A stretch of 64,000 nucleotides of DNA from Eledone cirrhosa (taxonomy: Eukaryota). The translations under genes were made by a program, and so were the position numbers. Positions 1 to 12,002 of the stretch are shown in pieces (position 1 is the stretch's first letter; each line of letters begins with the position of its first letter). The notes under the pieces are model-generated. The model did not search any database. It was not told the DNA's origin and saw only the letters and a list, made by a program, of their open reading frames with translations. Location: assembly GCA_964016885.1 (NCBI GenBank), contig OZ024740.1, positions 193,502,001 to 193,566,000 on the forward strand, read 5' to 3'.

Positions 1-166
1 GTCACAAGGCATGTAAATATGCGCAATGCGAATATGAGTGCAGAGGCGTAGCAGTCTGCCGTTCTTAATTTCAATATGACCCTCACTAAGGCAGCTTTCA
101 CTTGATGACAGCATACAGATTATCAGAGAAAGACGCTATGGGAATAACCAGAATACACTATTCGCT

Positions 167-320
<154 letters not shown>

Positions 321-1889
321 AAGAAAATTAACAAAAAAAGTACAAGACAACGAATGGAAACAAAACAAAACGAAACACAATTTCTAATTGGAAACCTTAA
401 AAAAATGTTTTTTAAAAATAAATATGCAAACGAATGACACAGAACTCCACTTTCATATGCTGTTGAGATGGACTTGGGCAGTTTCCATCCCTACCAACTT
501 TACTGCTGATCCATCCGGGATCACAGCCTCTTACATAACCCAACGATGTGCAGGGGAGTAACAGACGAGAGACAAAACAATAATTTATAGCTTTAAGCTA
601 CAAAATTCATAGAAAATTTTATGACGGCAGGGAAAATCTTGGTGCCTCAGAGCACGAGAAATGAATGAAACAAGATAAAAGGAAGAAACAAGGAAGAAAA
701 AATCCAGGGACGGAGTAATATCGCCCAGTTAACGGGAGAAAGGTAATTCTCGTAAGCCCTTTTACGTCTCTGTGTCATAAAAAAGAAGAGATTTTCTAAG
801 AGCAAAGAAATGGTGCTCGGAATGCTCGCAATATGTTGGAATTCATGGATATAAATTTAGTCTACTGTTAAACAAATTTCATAGGATTGTTTACGTGTCC
901 AGAGACAAATATAATGAAATAGCCTCACAATATTAAAAGTAGTTATATATGTATCTGAAGCTCAATACCTAATTAGTTTGATCATATTCCTTCTTATGAA
1001 CTAATTTGAATATCCTGTTATTAATATCTTACTTCTTGATTCACCACTGAGGCAGGTTGGGAAAAGTTTTCCCTTCCAAGGATGCACATTTTCAGAGAAG
1101 GAAACAGAGGAGCGAGGGGGAAATCGGCACTACTTCTTTATGTAGGGATCGAAAGTAATGTTGACTTAGGCAGGATTTAATATCCAAGCGCAAGGGCTAT
1201 AGCAGATCTTGCAACAAAAATCATTCTTTTCGAAGATCTTAGAACTCTATTAGTTTACAATTTCGATTCAGAGCTGAACAACATACCCTTCCTTCACTCT
1301 TTACAGCCTTTCTATTTCGACTGGCTTCAAGCAACGGTGATACCACATGAGCATAATTAACCCAGATGGGCAGCAGTGAAGACCGATAAACGTTACGTTG
1401 AATAAATTAATTTTCGTAACAAATGATTGGATGAATCCTCACTGGTAGTAAAACAACCATGGAACTTATAATAACGAGTTTATGAGATTCTTACCATGGT
1501 ATATTCCTTTATGCATATAATTAAAATACGTTGTTTAATACATTTTAAATACATAGAAAGGACAAGTATGAATTGATATGAAAGCCATAATTAACGACAA
1601 CGTTATACAGATTAACGGATGTCATAGATTTGCAATTAGGTAACGTTGTGTGTGTATGTGTGTGTGTGTGTATGTATGTGTGTGTGTATGTATAGTTATA
1701 TATATATATATGTATATATATATATACTCTTTTACCTGTTTCAGCCATCCGACTGAGGCCATGCTACCAGCACCTCAGTATGCAGATTGGAGCACTCGAC
1801 GAAGTGCGCAGGTTGGTTCGGTTAATCCGGATTAAAGTAAAACAAAATAAAATAAATAAGTCAAACGTTAAAATTTGGCTTCGTTTATT

Positions 1890-1944
1890 ACTGCTATATA
1901 TATTTCGGTGACAACCATCTTTGGCTGTGACCTCTTCAGGCAGT
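1890..1944 (-). ncRNA. Type I hammerhead ribozyme motif (PLE-type, palindromic stem III)
   Basis: Minus strand reads ACTGC-CTGAAGA-GGTCACAGCCA-AAGA-TGGTTGTCACC-GAAA-TATATAT-A-GCAGT. Stem I is ACTGC/GCAGT, stem II is 11 positions with one mismatch and one G-U, the CUGANGA/GAAA core is intact, and stem III is a short self-complementary AT run. Confidence 0.8.
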
Positions 1945-1975
1945 CCGAATTAGTGTTATTAGTGATATTATAACT

Positions 1976-2135
1976 GTTTCTACTTCTGGCACAAGGCCAG
2001 CAATTCCCCAGTACAATACTGGTACTCTATTCTATCGACCCCGTAAGGATGAAAGGCAAAGTGAACCTCGGCGGGATTTGAACTCAGACCGTAAAGCATG
2101 ACGTCCGAATCTCTACCGATACTGCCAATCCACAT
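1976..2135 (-). mobile_element. tRNA-derived SINE (octopus OK-like, MetaSINE-like central domain)
   Basis: Minus strand has A box TGGCAGTATCGGT, B box GAGTTCAAATCCC, core TTTGCCTTTCATCCTTACGGGGTCGATA and tail GGCCTTGTGCCAGAAGTAGAAAC. Five more copies are in the window. Confidence 0.85.
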
Positions 2136-2272
2136 CGTTCCAGTGTCAGTGTTGAACAAAAAGGTGACGATGGTTGCCTGAACACTGTAAGGTGTAATTC
2201 GGGCTCTTTGTTGTTTAAAAAACAAACCGAGCATTATAATAAATGTTCGGTAAACCCATACGTACATATATA
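2132..2272 (-). repeat. Interspersed repeat fragment (probable PLE pLTR), homologous to 16727-16900
   Basis: Its reverse complement matches 16727-16860 (TACGTATGGGTTTACCGAACATTTATTATAATG...GTTCAACACTGACA). Confidence 0.7.
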
Positions 2273-2402
2273 AGTGTGCATGTATGTATATATATACATA
2301 CTAGTGTACGTCTGTATACATATATGTACGTATACATACATACTTACATTTAAGTACCACCCGTACTAAGTGTGAGACATGAATTTTCGTTTCATTCTTT
2401 CA

Positions 2403-2404
<2 letters not shown>

Positions 2405-2470
<66 letters not shown>

Positions 2471-2496
2471 CTTATATATATATATATATATATAAG

Positions 2497-2546
<50 letters not shown>

Positions 2547-2572
2547 CTTATATATATATATATATATATAAG

Positions 2573-2662
<90 letters not shown>

Positions 2663-2683
2663 CTTATATATATATATATATAT
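2405..2683. repeat. Interrupted (TA)n microsatellite
   Basis: TA run punctuated by TACA, TACTTA, TAAGTA and TGTA variants. Confidence 0.95.
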
Positions 2684-2859
2684 GAACACAAACACGCACA
2701 CATATATATAAACACACACACACATATACAAGTACACACATATATACATACACAGATACACAATTTAAAGACATTCGTTCATATACACACCCACTTTTTT
2801 GCGAAACCTAATATTAATCCATTTTCTTCCCTCTTACAATAATTTTGTCATTCCCTATC

Positions 2860-3935
2860 CAAATATTACCCCTCTCTCACTAAAACATAATACCGTTCTC
2901 ACCCTCTCTACATATTGCTACATGCCTCACCCTCTCGAAATAGACCAACATTCTCCCTCTCACTCTGAAACAACAAATTATCACCCCCTCTCTATAGCCG
3001 ACTACGTACCCCACTCTCTCACTTTCATAATTCCCCCCCTCTTACTAAAGCACAAATATCTCTCCCTCGCCCTCTATTCCAGTACATACCTCACGTTCTA
3101 TCACTCTCACTTTTCCCCCTTTCTCACTAAACCAACAAACTCTCTGCCATCCTCTATATCGCACTACATACATCACTCTCACACAATTCCTCCTCTCACA
3201 CTAGCTGACTAAATTCTCTCACCTCTCTATATACCAGCACATACATCACTTTCTATCTCACTCATAATTCCCACTCTCTCACTAGCATACTAAAATCTCT
3301 CCCACTCACTATATCACGCAGCATGCTTCACTCTCTATGGCTTTCACAATTACCTCTCTCTGACTATATCACCAAACTCTCTGCCCATCTCTAAATCCCA
3401 CTACATAACTCACTCGCTCTCACAATTTCCCCTCTCTCGCTAGACTACCAACTTCTCTTACCCGCTATATAATCCACTACATACCTCACCTTTTCCCCTC
3501 TCTTTATTCCCCCTCTCTCACTAAATCGACAAATTCTCTACCCTCTCTATATTCCACTAAATACCCCACGCACTCTCACAATTACCCGTCTCTCACTAAA
3601 CCACAAAAATCCCACTCCCAATATGCATCTCACTACATAACTCACTCTTTCTCTTACAATTACTCCTCTCTCGCTAAACCACCAATCAATCTCCCCCTCA
3701 ATATATCCTACTAGATACCTCACACGCTCTCTCAATTGTCCCTATCTCAATAGAACACCATATGTACACCCCTCTCTATAAACCGCTAAATCCCTCACTC
3801 TCTTCCTCTCTCTTAATTCACGCTCTTTCACTGAGGTAACAAATTATCTCCTGCTCTCTATATCCCGCTACATACAGCCCTCTCGCTCAGAACCGCCCTC
3901 TCTCACTAGACCACCAAATTCTCTCCATATATCCG
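2860..3935. repeat. Degenerate pyrimidine-rich minisatellite, unit roughly 70 bp
   Basis: Recurring motif CCCCTCTCTCACTA(A/G)ACCACCAAATTCTCT...CTCTATATCCCACTACATACCTCACTCTCTCACAATT, about 15 diverged copies. Confidence 0.8.
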
Positions 3936-4226
3936 GATACTTTCATAAATAGAGAGATAATGGTTGTGAGAGAGTAGATTGAAAGAGAGACATAGAGAGT
4001 GAGAGAGGACACAGAGAAAGAAAAAGGAAGAAAGGGAGAGAGCTGGTGGTGTTGTTGAATGAAATTGTAACAGGTGACTTCAATGAAACCAATACAGCAT
4101 TACTGTATCCAACTAAAGTTTGGTGAGTTATTATTCAGTCATATTTATTATATTATTTATGTTAGGACAGGATGTGTGAAGCAAAAATGTACTGCTAAAT
4201 AGGAAAGGTTTCTAAGTTTGTGTGTA

Positions 4227-4318
<92 letters not shown>

Positions 4319-4678
4319 GACACACACACACACATATAAATATATATTATGGGCGTTCCAATTTCATTTTACGTGTGTATCTTTTAATTATTTTGAAATT
4401 ATTGTGAACATGATTTAAAAAAAAAGTATTTTTAAGTGAACGTGACCCAACAGGTCACGGGTGGTCTTATATATATATATATATATATTTATGTATGCGC
4501 GCGCGCGCGCGCGTGTGTGTGTGTATAGGAGAGACAGTGAACACTTGATTAGATTGTTTATTTATCATTCACGCTGTCTCCTTTCATTCCTGCAATACCG
4601 TGGATTAATTTCACCTGGTTTACAAATTGGTGATCCGGTTCGTTTTATTTTCAGAGTCTAGATACACACATATTCACA

Positions 4679-4802
<124 letters not shown>

Positions 4803-6274
4803 ATATTAACAAATGGAAACTATATTTATAAAACCATTATACATATTTCAAGGGCCACCAAGGCAAACTATGGTGCGCTTTCATCAAATAAAATATAATA
4901 TAGGTTAGTTTTATAAATAAATATTGACATACCCTGAAAAAATGCAACCATTCTGGCTGGAATCTCCTGGTTTTATAAATGTAATTTCCATTTGTTAATA
5001 TATTGTATATTTACTCCAATAATTTGTTGAGTGCTTTATATCAGTTATAAAAATATTTTGCAACAAATTAAATATAACCTCTCTATATATATATATATTT
5101 AATATATATATGAGCGTGTGCGTTTGCTTGCATATGTTAACGTGCTCTCGTGCGTGTTTATATGTGTGTGTATTTGTATGTATACGCAAAAGGGACAAAC
5201 ACGATAAATAACATGCTGTGAACACTATAGATGTAGCTATTTATTAATGTTTTGTTTGACAATTTTTTGGGGAGGCATATATTACACGCACTCTCACACA
5301 CATACCCATAATATAGGTGACGCTTACTAACATTGAAACAAAAACACTAGACAAAATTCAGTCGTAGAATGACTCAGTTTAGAAGGTTTCAGGTATCTTT
5401 GACAAAACACTTTTGACACAACCAACCAAAAAATCAATATGAAATGGATTTTTTACCAGTAGCTCATTGAACTCTAACCGTTGCATGTTTTTTTTTCTTC
5501 CTTGACGAACCACACACCCTCCATAATATGACTGTATCTGTTTAACGTTACGTTACGATTTAGCATAAAAATACGTTAAAACAAGGTAATTGAAACATTA
5601 GATAAAACAGACACAGATGGTATTCCATACAATTGCACGGCACACGCGGGTGTGTGTCAGAGAGAGAGGGAGAGAGAGATGGAGAGAGAGATTGTATGTT
5701 AGAAAAAGTATATACGCATAGTAACAAAACCTCTCACAAACACATACGAATATATACACATATGGACGCTCATACATACAGGCAACCAATTACACAAAAA
5801 CACGTATATGTACAAGCTTGCGGTTATATAATGCATAATATAATAGTAGTTGAAAAAATTAATTCTAGAATAAAATCGGTTACAAACTGGGGTAATGTAT
5901 CGACCTTTCATACCAAACTCTATTATCTCTATATCTCTCTACTCATCATTCTATCTATCATTTGTACTCGATCTATCTATTTTTCCATCTCCTTAGCTAG
6001 CTTACAATTTACCTGCCAAATTATCTATCCATTTATATTGATCAATTTATGTATATTTACCAATATATCCATCATTGGACAAGAAAAACAACACTAAAGA
6101 CAACAAAGTATTAATCCAAACAGTAGTTTAAATATTGTTAGGTATGTAGATAGAGAGATAAATAAATAGAAAGAAAGAAAGATAGATAGGTAGATAGATT
6201 TTTTTTTACTATAAAACCCCGTCATATATTGACAGGTACTGTTAGAATATACATATATATATATATATATATAT

Positions 6275-6384
6275 GAACGAGTAGGACCCAAACGGCTGAG
6301 CTCAAGCCGTTTCGACGGCTAATTCTGAGTCCAGAATTAGCCGTCGAAACCGCTTGAGCTCAGCCGTCGGGGTCCTATTCGTTC
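6275..6384. repeat. Near-perfect palindrome built from the 3' half of a hammerhead (PLE pLTR fragment extends to about 6465)
   Basis: Arms of about 53 bp flank an AGTC loop (6328-6331). Each arm reads ...AGCCGTC-GAAAC-(G/C)GCTTGAGCTCAGCC-GT(C/T). Confidence 0.85.
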
Positions 6385-6461
6385 CTATTACCCACTCTAC
6401 TACCCTAAGTATTGAGTACTTTGGTGCGTTATGGTCCACCTGGTTCCTTACCACATTTCCT

Positions 6462-6532
<71 letters not shown>

Positions 6533-6739
6533 GTGTGTATGTGTGTGTGTGTGTGGAATACTTCAGTTTATAGGGGAATTTCGAACGTGCGCATAGTGAA
6601 ATGTATGATGTATGCATGTGTGTTTATGTAGTGCAAGATGTGTGCGAATATGTATATAATAAAACTGAAAAAATATGTGTGCGATATATGTATGTTTGTG
6701 TGTGAGTCTAAGTGTGTTTTCCTAATGAGGACATATATT

Positions 6740-7830
6740 TAATTTGAAAGAAAGAACTGGCCGCTGGGATGTTGGACTACAGGCTTTTAAATTAGCCAAT
6801 CTGGTGCACTTTTTTCCATTCGATTATTGATCATAGGTTTTAATTTCTAGATTAAGAGGGCTTCCTTAATTCTCAGCGTGTCTATACTGCATTTGATAGC
6901 TAAGATTGTGGAAATCATCTGGAAGCCGGTTTCTTGATGATTTACTAAGTATTCTTTTGTTGTCCCGGTTTCCACATTTTATTATGTGTTTGCGGAAGAA
7001 AGGAGAGTTGGGGTTCACATGCTCTTTAATAAGGAGATGTAACGGTCGAATAGTGCTACGTACGTAGAATAGATTGCACTTGTTGTATTCTAGCCTGTAT
7101 GCGGATAGGGCAATTGGCTAGGATGCATTCGTTATCCTCGTCGGGGGTTGTCTTTGTAGAGAGACATCTTTGCAGCGAAAGTGCAGAGTGAGCTAGTTTG
7201 ATATTGAGGCCCTTTCTTCTGATAGCTTTGCGTATGGCGTTGGTGGTTTCCTCGCTGATTTGTGGGATTTTGAAGAAGCAACTGTTGTTTGCGTTGGTCC
7301 GATCTCTGGGTCTGTGGATTCGTCGTGGGGTGGAGAGAAAGCTGGGTAGCCGTCTAATATAAGAACGTTGCTGACGAAGGTGAAACTGGAGGAGATTGAA
7401 AAGAGTAGGCAGACAGTGCCAGATTTAAAGTGGATTGGATGACTAGGCCACCGAACCTCGCTGGAAGCTTTGCCTGTTACCAGCTGGCGCTGTCGAAACT
7501 GATATGGCAGATTATGTGGGGTCGAGTTAACCGAAGTGATTTACGTGGGTGAGAAGGCGCACTGCGCAGCGTGAACAAAAATTTAGGGAAGGTGAAGCAG
7601 TTCCTCACGAGGAAGAGTGTCAATGAGGTGTAGCCTCTATGCCATTCGCGATAAGAATGCGTACTTGGTCTCCAGGCAATCAGTATTATGGCTTTCGTGA
7701 GAATTGGAGAGCCAGGAATGCAGACGGCATCATTCGGCGTTAGCGCAGCCCCTGGCAAGACGAAATCATAGCTGAGTACGGCGTCATAATATTCAAATTC
7801 TCCGTAGCTATGGGTTATCACACAGCCTTT
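6740..7830 (-). mobile_element. Decayed Penelope-like element (RT remnant, linker, GIY-YIG)
   Basis: Minus-strand translations include VLILDGYP, FFKIPQISEETTNAIRKAIRRKGL, CILANCPI, AYRLEYNKCNLFYVRSTIRPLHLLIKEH and LRIKEALLI, with frameshifts. Confidence 0.8.
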
Positions 7831-8140
7831 AAAATGGTGATTCTTCTTTCAATCACTTGCCTATTTTCTACATCGTTTCATCACCACAAACTATCAATTT
7901 TGGACGCTTAAGAAAATTATATTATTACGGGTATTCGGCCAAAACTATTGCTGCTGATGATCCGAATCATTAGCAGTTTAGTATTTATACTATTCTAATT
8001 TTGCCCAAGGGAATGGGTTAAACAGTTTACATATTTATTTGAATAAGTTACTCCGTGGATTAATATTCTGTTTTAATATGATAGATCTTGAGAAACGATC
8101 GTTCTAAGTCATCTTTCGAATTATTGATTTCCTCTGATAA

Positions 8141-9120
8141 CACCGTGTGACATATTTTTTGTTCCCCGGTTCTAAGTGTCATTTCATGGTTTATTATGAA
8201 AAAAACAGTATTATTTAATCAGAAGTTTGGGTTTGTGATCAGGAGTTTGATATTTCGAAATTTTCATATTTTTCAAGAAAAAACACATTTTTTTAAAATT
8301 TATCAGTTCATATAATTAAATCAACAGAGTATATATTTATTTTATTACACAGGCTTATCAAAAGCAAACAAGTAAAAACAAATAACACTTATAAATGAAC
8401 TTATACACGTCAGAAATGACTGGATTTCCTGGATTTGCGGTTGTAGCCCAGGTCGCATTCCAGCACTAGCCCCCAGATATAGTCCCCCATTATTTTTTCA
8501 TTGCGGTGGCCCTGTTACCTCCGCTCTATCTCTTTCACATCTTGGTGGAATCCTTCGCCTTGTTCTTCTGAGTAGGTGCCCATATTGTCCTTGAATTCTT
8601 CCAGGTGAGCATCCAGCGTATGGAGTTTAAGCGACATCCTGCATCCCATGGCGCCAAAAGCCTTTATCAGATCCTGCACCAGTTGCTGGTAGTTTTCTGC
8701 TCTGTAAGCCCTTAACAACTGTCTTGAAACAGTTCCATGCAGTTCTCTCAATCCTATGGAGCTTATTGGAGAACTCGGTAGACTCAAACACCTTCTTCAT
8801 CTGAGGTCCAACAAATATTCCACCTTCGATTTTGGCCTCAGATAACTTGGGGAAGAACTCAAGAAAGTACTTAAAAGCGGCTGATTCTTGGTTGAGAGCC
8901 TTCACAAACTGCTTCATCAACCCCAACTGAATGTGCAGTGGCGGCATGAACACAATCCCGGGATCAACACATGGCGTTACGGGTCCCAACTACAAATTCT
9001 GTTCACAAACCCAAACTTTTAACTGTTTAATAGCACTTTTTTTTTATTTAGGACCTAAGCAACACAAAAAAGTGATTACAAACCAGGAAAAGAGAAAAAT
9101 AAAAGTCTTGTTACACAGTG
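8141..9120 (-). mobile_element. Internally deleted Chapaev3-type (CMC) DNA transposon, 980 bp
   Basis: Termini are CACCGTGTGAC and GTTACACAGTG, with TAA TSD on both sides (8138-8140, 9121-9123). Imperfect subterminal inverted similarity (GTTTGGGTTTGTGA / TCACAAACCCAAAC). A transposase remnant lies inside. Confidence 0.8.
8430..8989 (-). pseudogene. Chapaev3-like transposase C-terminal remnant (frameshifted)
   Basis: PPLHIQLGLMKQFVKAL...FPKLSEAKIEGGIFVGPQ, then MGCRMSLKLHTLDAHL...SEEQGEGFHQD in a second frame. Confidence 0.8.
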
Positions 9121-9349
9121 TAATCACTGATTTAGCAATCAAATTCAACGAAAAGTACAGCCAATTAATCTGATTCGCTTAAATAATGTTCTTTACACTT
9201 TCGCATTTCGACAAGTCTAAACGGAAATTATCGGATTGAAAAGCACTTTCATAGTGTAGTAAAACAGTATTCGTTAATTCAAATATCCCTATGATAGAAC
9301 CCTAAGGAGTATTCGCTTATTCAAATATCCCTATGATTGAACCATTAAT

Positions 9350-9592
9350 ATTCTGTTTAAAAGAGCATGTTAACACCGACTCCTCTTCCTTCAGCAAACA
9401 CATCATCAAATGTGGAAAGCGGGACAACAAAAGAACATTTAGTAAATCATCAAGAAACCAGCTTCCAGATGATTTCTCCCTAATGAAACAGTTTCAGTCC
9501 TGTAGAAGCCATTTCTATATTAAATATTTATACTCTGCTATGTATTGAGTACCTTCCTTATTGTAGTTACCCCTGATTGAACCCGGAATAAA
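9350..9592 (+). mobile_element. PLE fragment: GIY-YIG end fused to a hammerhead-containing pLTR
   Basis: KEHVNTDSSSFSKHIIKCG matches the 6.9-7.0 kb PLE. It is followed by GCTTC-CAGATGA-TTTCTCCCTAAT-GAAACAG-TTTCAGTC-CTGTA-GAAGC (9461-9509). Confidence 0.75.
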
Positions 9593-9804
9593 CATATATA
9601 TATATATGTATATGTGTGTGTGTGTATGTGTGTGTATATATATATATGTGCATGTGTTTATATGTATGTATATGTATATGTATATATAGATGTGTTTGTA
9701 TGGATGTATGCAGCACACATGTGGGCGTTTGTGCGTATGTTTGTTTTGGTGTGCAGGTGTGAGTAGGTGTGTATGTGCGCGATTATAAAGACCTGGCCAT
9801 TATG

Positions 9805-10001
9805 TATACTTTAACACAGCATGTTAACACAGCAACTTACAACATCCCCTTTCTTTAAATCCATCAACCGATGACCCCCGCCCATCCCAATCACCACTCT
9901 CTCCTTCCACAAGAAAATGTATAAATATCACCTTATTACTTGGACATTCGGCTTCCTGATGATTTCTCCCGAATGAAACAGTTCTAATAAATATATCTAT
10001 A

Positions 10002-10066
<65 letters not shown>

Positions 10067-10295
10067 ACATATATATGTATACATATATATATATTTATTT
10101 ATTTATTTAACATAGAACATTTAACATTCGGGAGAAATCATCAAGAAGCCGAATGTGCAAGTAATATGGTGATATTTATACATTTTCTTGTGGAAGGAGA
10201 GAGTGGTGATTGGGATGGGCGGAGGTCATTGGTTGATGGATTTAAAGAAAGGGGATGTTGTAAGTTGCTCTGTTAACATGCTTTGTTAAAGTATA
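9805..10295. repeat. Inverted pair of PLE pLTR fragments (9805-9985 / 10113-10295) around a (TA)n spacer
   Basis: The two ~180 bp arms are reverse complements; the ORF track gives near-identical peptides on both strands. The left arm ends in the HHR 5' part GCTTCCTGATGATTTCTCCCGAATGAAACAG. Confidence 0.9.
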
Positions 10296-10329
10296 TATAT
10301 ATATGTGTAAACATGTATATATATATTTA

Positions 10330-10372
<43 letters not shown>

Positions 10373-10517
10373 GTTATATATAATTATAAATATGTAGGGT
10401 AGTACTAAGCACTAGCCAATTACCAGTAAGAGACAAGGCTCAATGTAAATTATCAAATGTATTACAAAGCCGAGACACAAAATATAAAACATTCAAATCT
10501 TAGTTTAATATATTCAA

Positions 10518-10566
10518 TTGTTGACAATTGTTTCTTCCAGACGAATGTCTGGATTCATTACAAAAA
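10518..10566 (-). ncRNA. Degenerate hammerhead motif
   Basis: Minus strand reads GTAATGA-A-TCCAGAC-ATTC-GTCTGGA-A-GAAACAATTGTC-AACA. It has a 7-bp stem II, palindromic stem III ACAATTGT and a GUC site; the CUGA box is mutated. Confidence 0.55.
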
Positions 10567-11095
10567 GATGTTATGTTACAGATATCTCAGTACAAGGAGC
10601 AGTGGTGAAAAGTGAAAAAATGTTGAGCATATTATATATAAAAATATCCTTTAAGGTAATACAAGTGCAAAAGATACGAAGCAAAAAAGGTGTTAGATAG
10701 ATAAAAGATAGATAAAAGATATCATAGCATTGAATATCAGGTAATATTAAAAGTATATGATGCAAAAATTAATAAAGGCATGCATGAGGTAGGAATTATA
10801 AAATGTATGAATCAAGCATATTTCATACAGAATATTAAAGCATGTTAAAATTGTTAAAAATGTTTAAAATGTTAAAAATGGCATACATTATGGTAAAGAA
10901 ATATGTAATGATAAAATGAATAAATGTTGTGTAATGTATATTGCAAAAAACGTAAGTAAATGAGATAGGTAATTGTCATTCAAGAATTTTCATATTACAT
11001 GTAATGTTTTTAATTTTAGTTTTAATATGTTTGAGATGTGTACAGTATAAAAGTGTGTAGTGAAGATTAATTCCACATGTTAATATAGGAAATAT

Positions 11096-11220
11096 ACTAG
11101 TAGAATGGCCCGGCGTTGCTCGGCTTTCTAAATATAGATTGGCATATTTATCCCTCCATTTTGAAACAGTTTCCTCGTATGTTCACCAATTGATGCAGAA
11201 GTCCTAACAAAACGTGAAGT
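11096..11220 (-). mobile_element. Helitron 3' end
   Basis: Minus strand ends ...GCCGAGCAACGCCGGGCCATTCTACTAG|T, a GC-rich subterminal hairpin followed by CTAG. The 5' boundary is not determined. Confidence 0.6.
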
Positions 11221-11411
11221 CGCATTAGGTGAATAGGCAAATCATTTTCCATTAAGAATTTTCAAAAGCATGTAATTGCGTTCCCTCTCTTTTCTGTTGT
11301 TGTTTTTGCTGCTATTGGTGTGATAGCACCCGTTGGTCGTAATACTAACACAGTCTCGTCCTTCTTCAGCCAATCGTGTATATGCCCTTCTGCCTCGTCA
11401 GAATTGAGAAC

Positions 11412-11617
11412 AATATTTGCTCTAGGGTTCTTATATATTTGATACATATTTATCCTTATCGAGCCTCGTGAAATAAATACGTTTGATTATATGTTGTTAT
11501 TGTGTATGCAAAAATACCTGTACACGAATATATAATTATATATATATATATATATATTTATTAAAATAACAGATTAAAGTTTAAGCAAAGAATCGCTGCT
11601 TTCACCCTTAACGGGAT
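11412..11617. repeat. pLTR fragments of the 16.9-19.1 kb PLE family in both orientations
   Basis: 11412-11465 matches 19098-19150 directly. 11565-11617 is the reverse complement of 19038-19090 (HHR 3' half). Confidence 0.8.
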
Positions 11618-11709
11618 ATATATATATATATTATATATTGAGTTATAAACTCGAAATAGTCTTTTGCAATTAAATAGCCCAAAGAAGGGAAAATTTCCGA
11701 GCCGTGTAA

Positions 11710-12002
11710 TACAAATGAATATATGAGAGGGCTGAACACTGATACAAGTATACATGTGTTCGAATTGCAAATAACCAAGTTAGCTAGATTGAAAAATACT
11801 AATTTAAAATAATATGGTTTGCCTCTCTCGATTTAAAATAATAAATCAATAGGTTTGTTATTTTTATTGATTTATTATTTTAAGTCGAGACAGGCAAACC
11901 ATATTATTTTAAATTAGTATTTTTCAACCTAGCTAACTTGGTCATTTGCAATTCGAACACATGTATACTTGTATCAGAGTTCATCCCTCACATATATCCA
12001 TT

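Noticed and set aside
440-1540. Possible very old PLE RT/linker remnant (KRYVE*I, FPF motifs) and SINE trace near 1160-1210
   Set aside because: Motifs are too short and inconsistent in strand and order to support a call.
7951-7976. CTGCTGATGA-TCCGAA-TCATTAGCAG hairpin containing CUGAUGA
   Set aside because: No GAAA or stem III follows. It could be a tiny fold-back but is too short to distinguish from chance.
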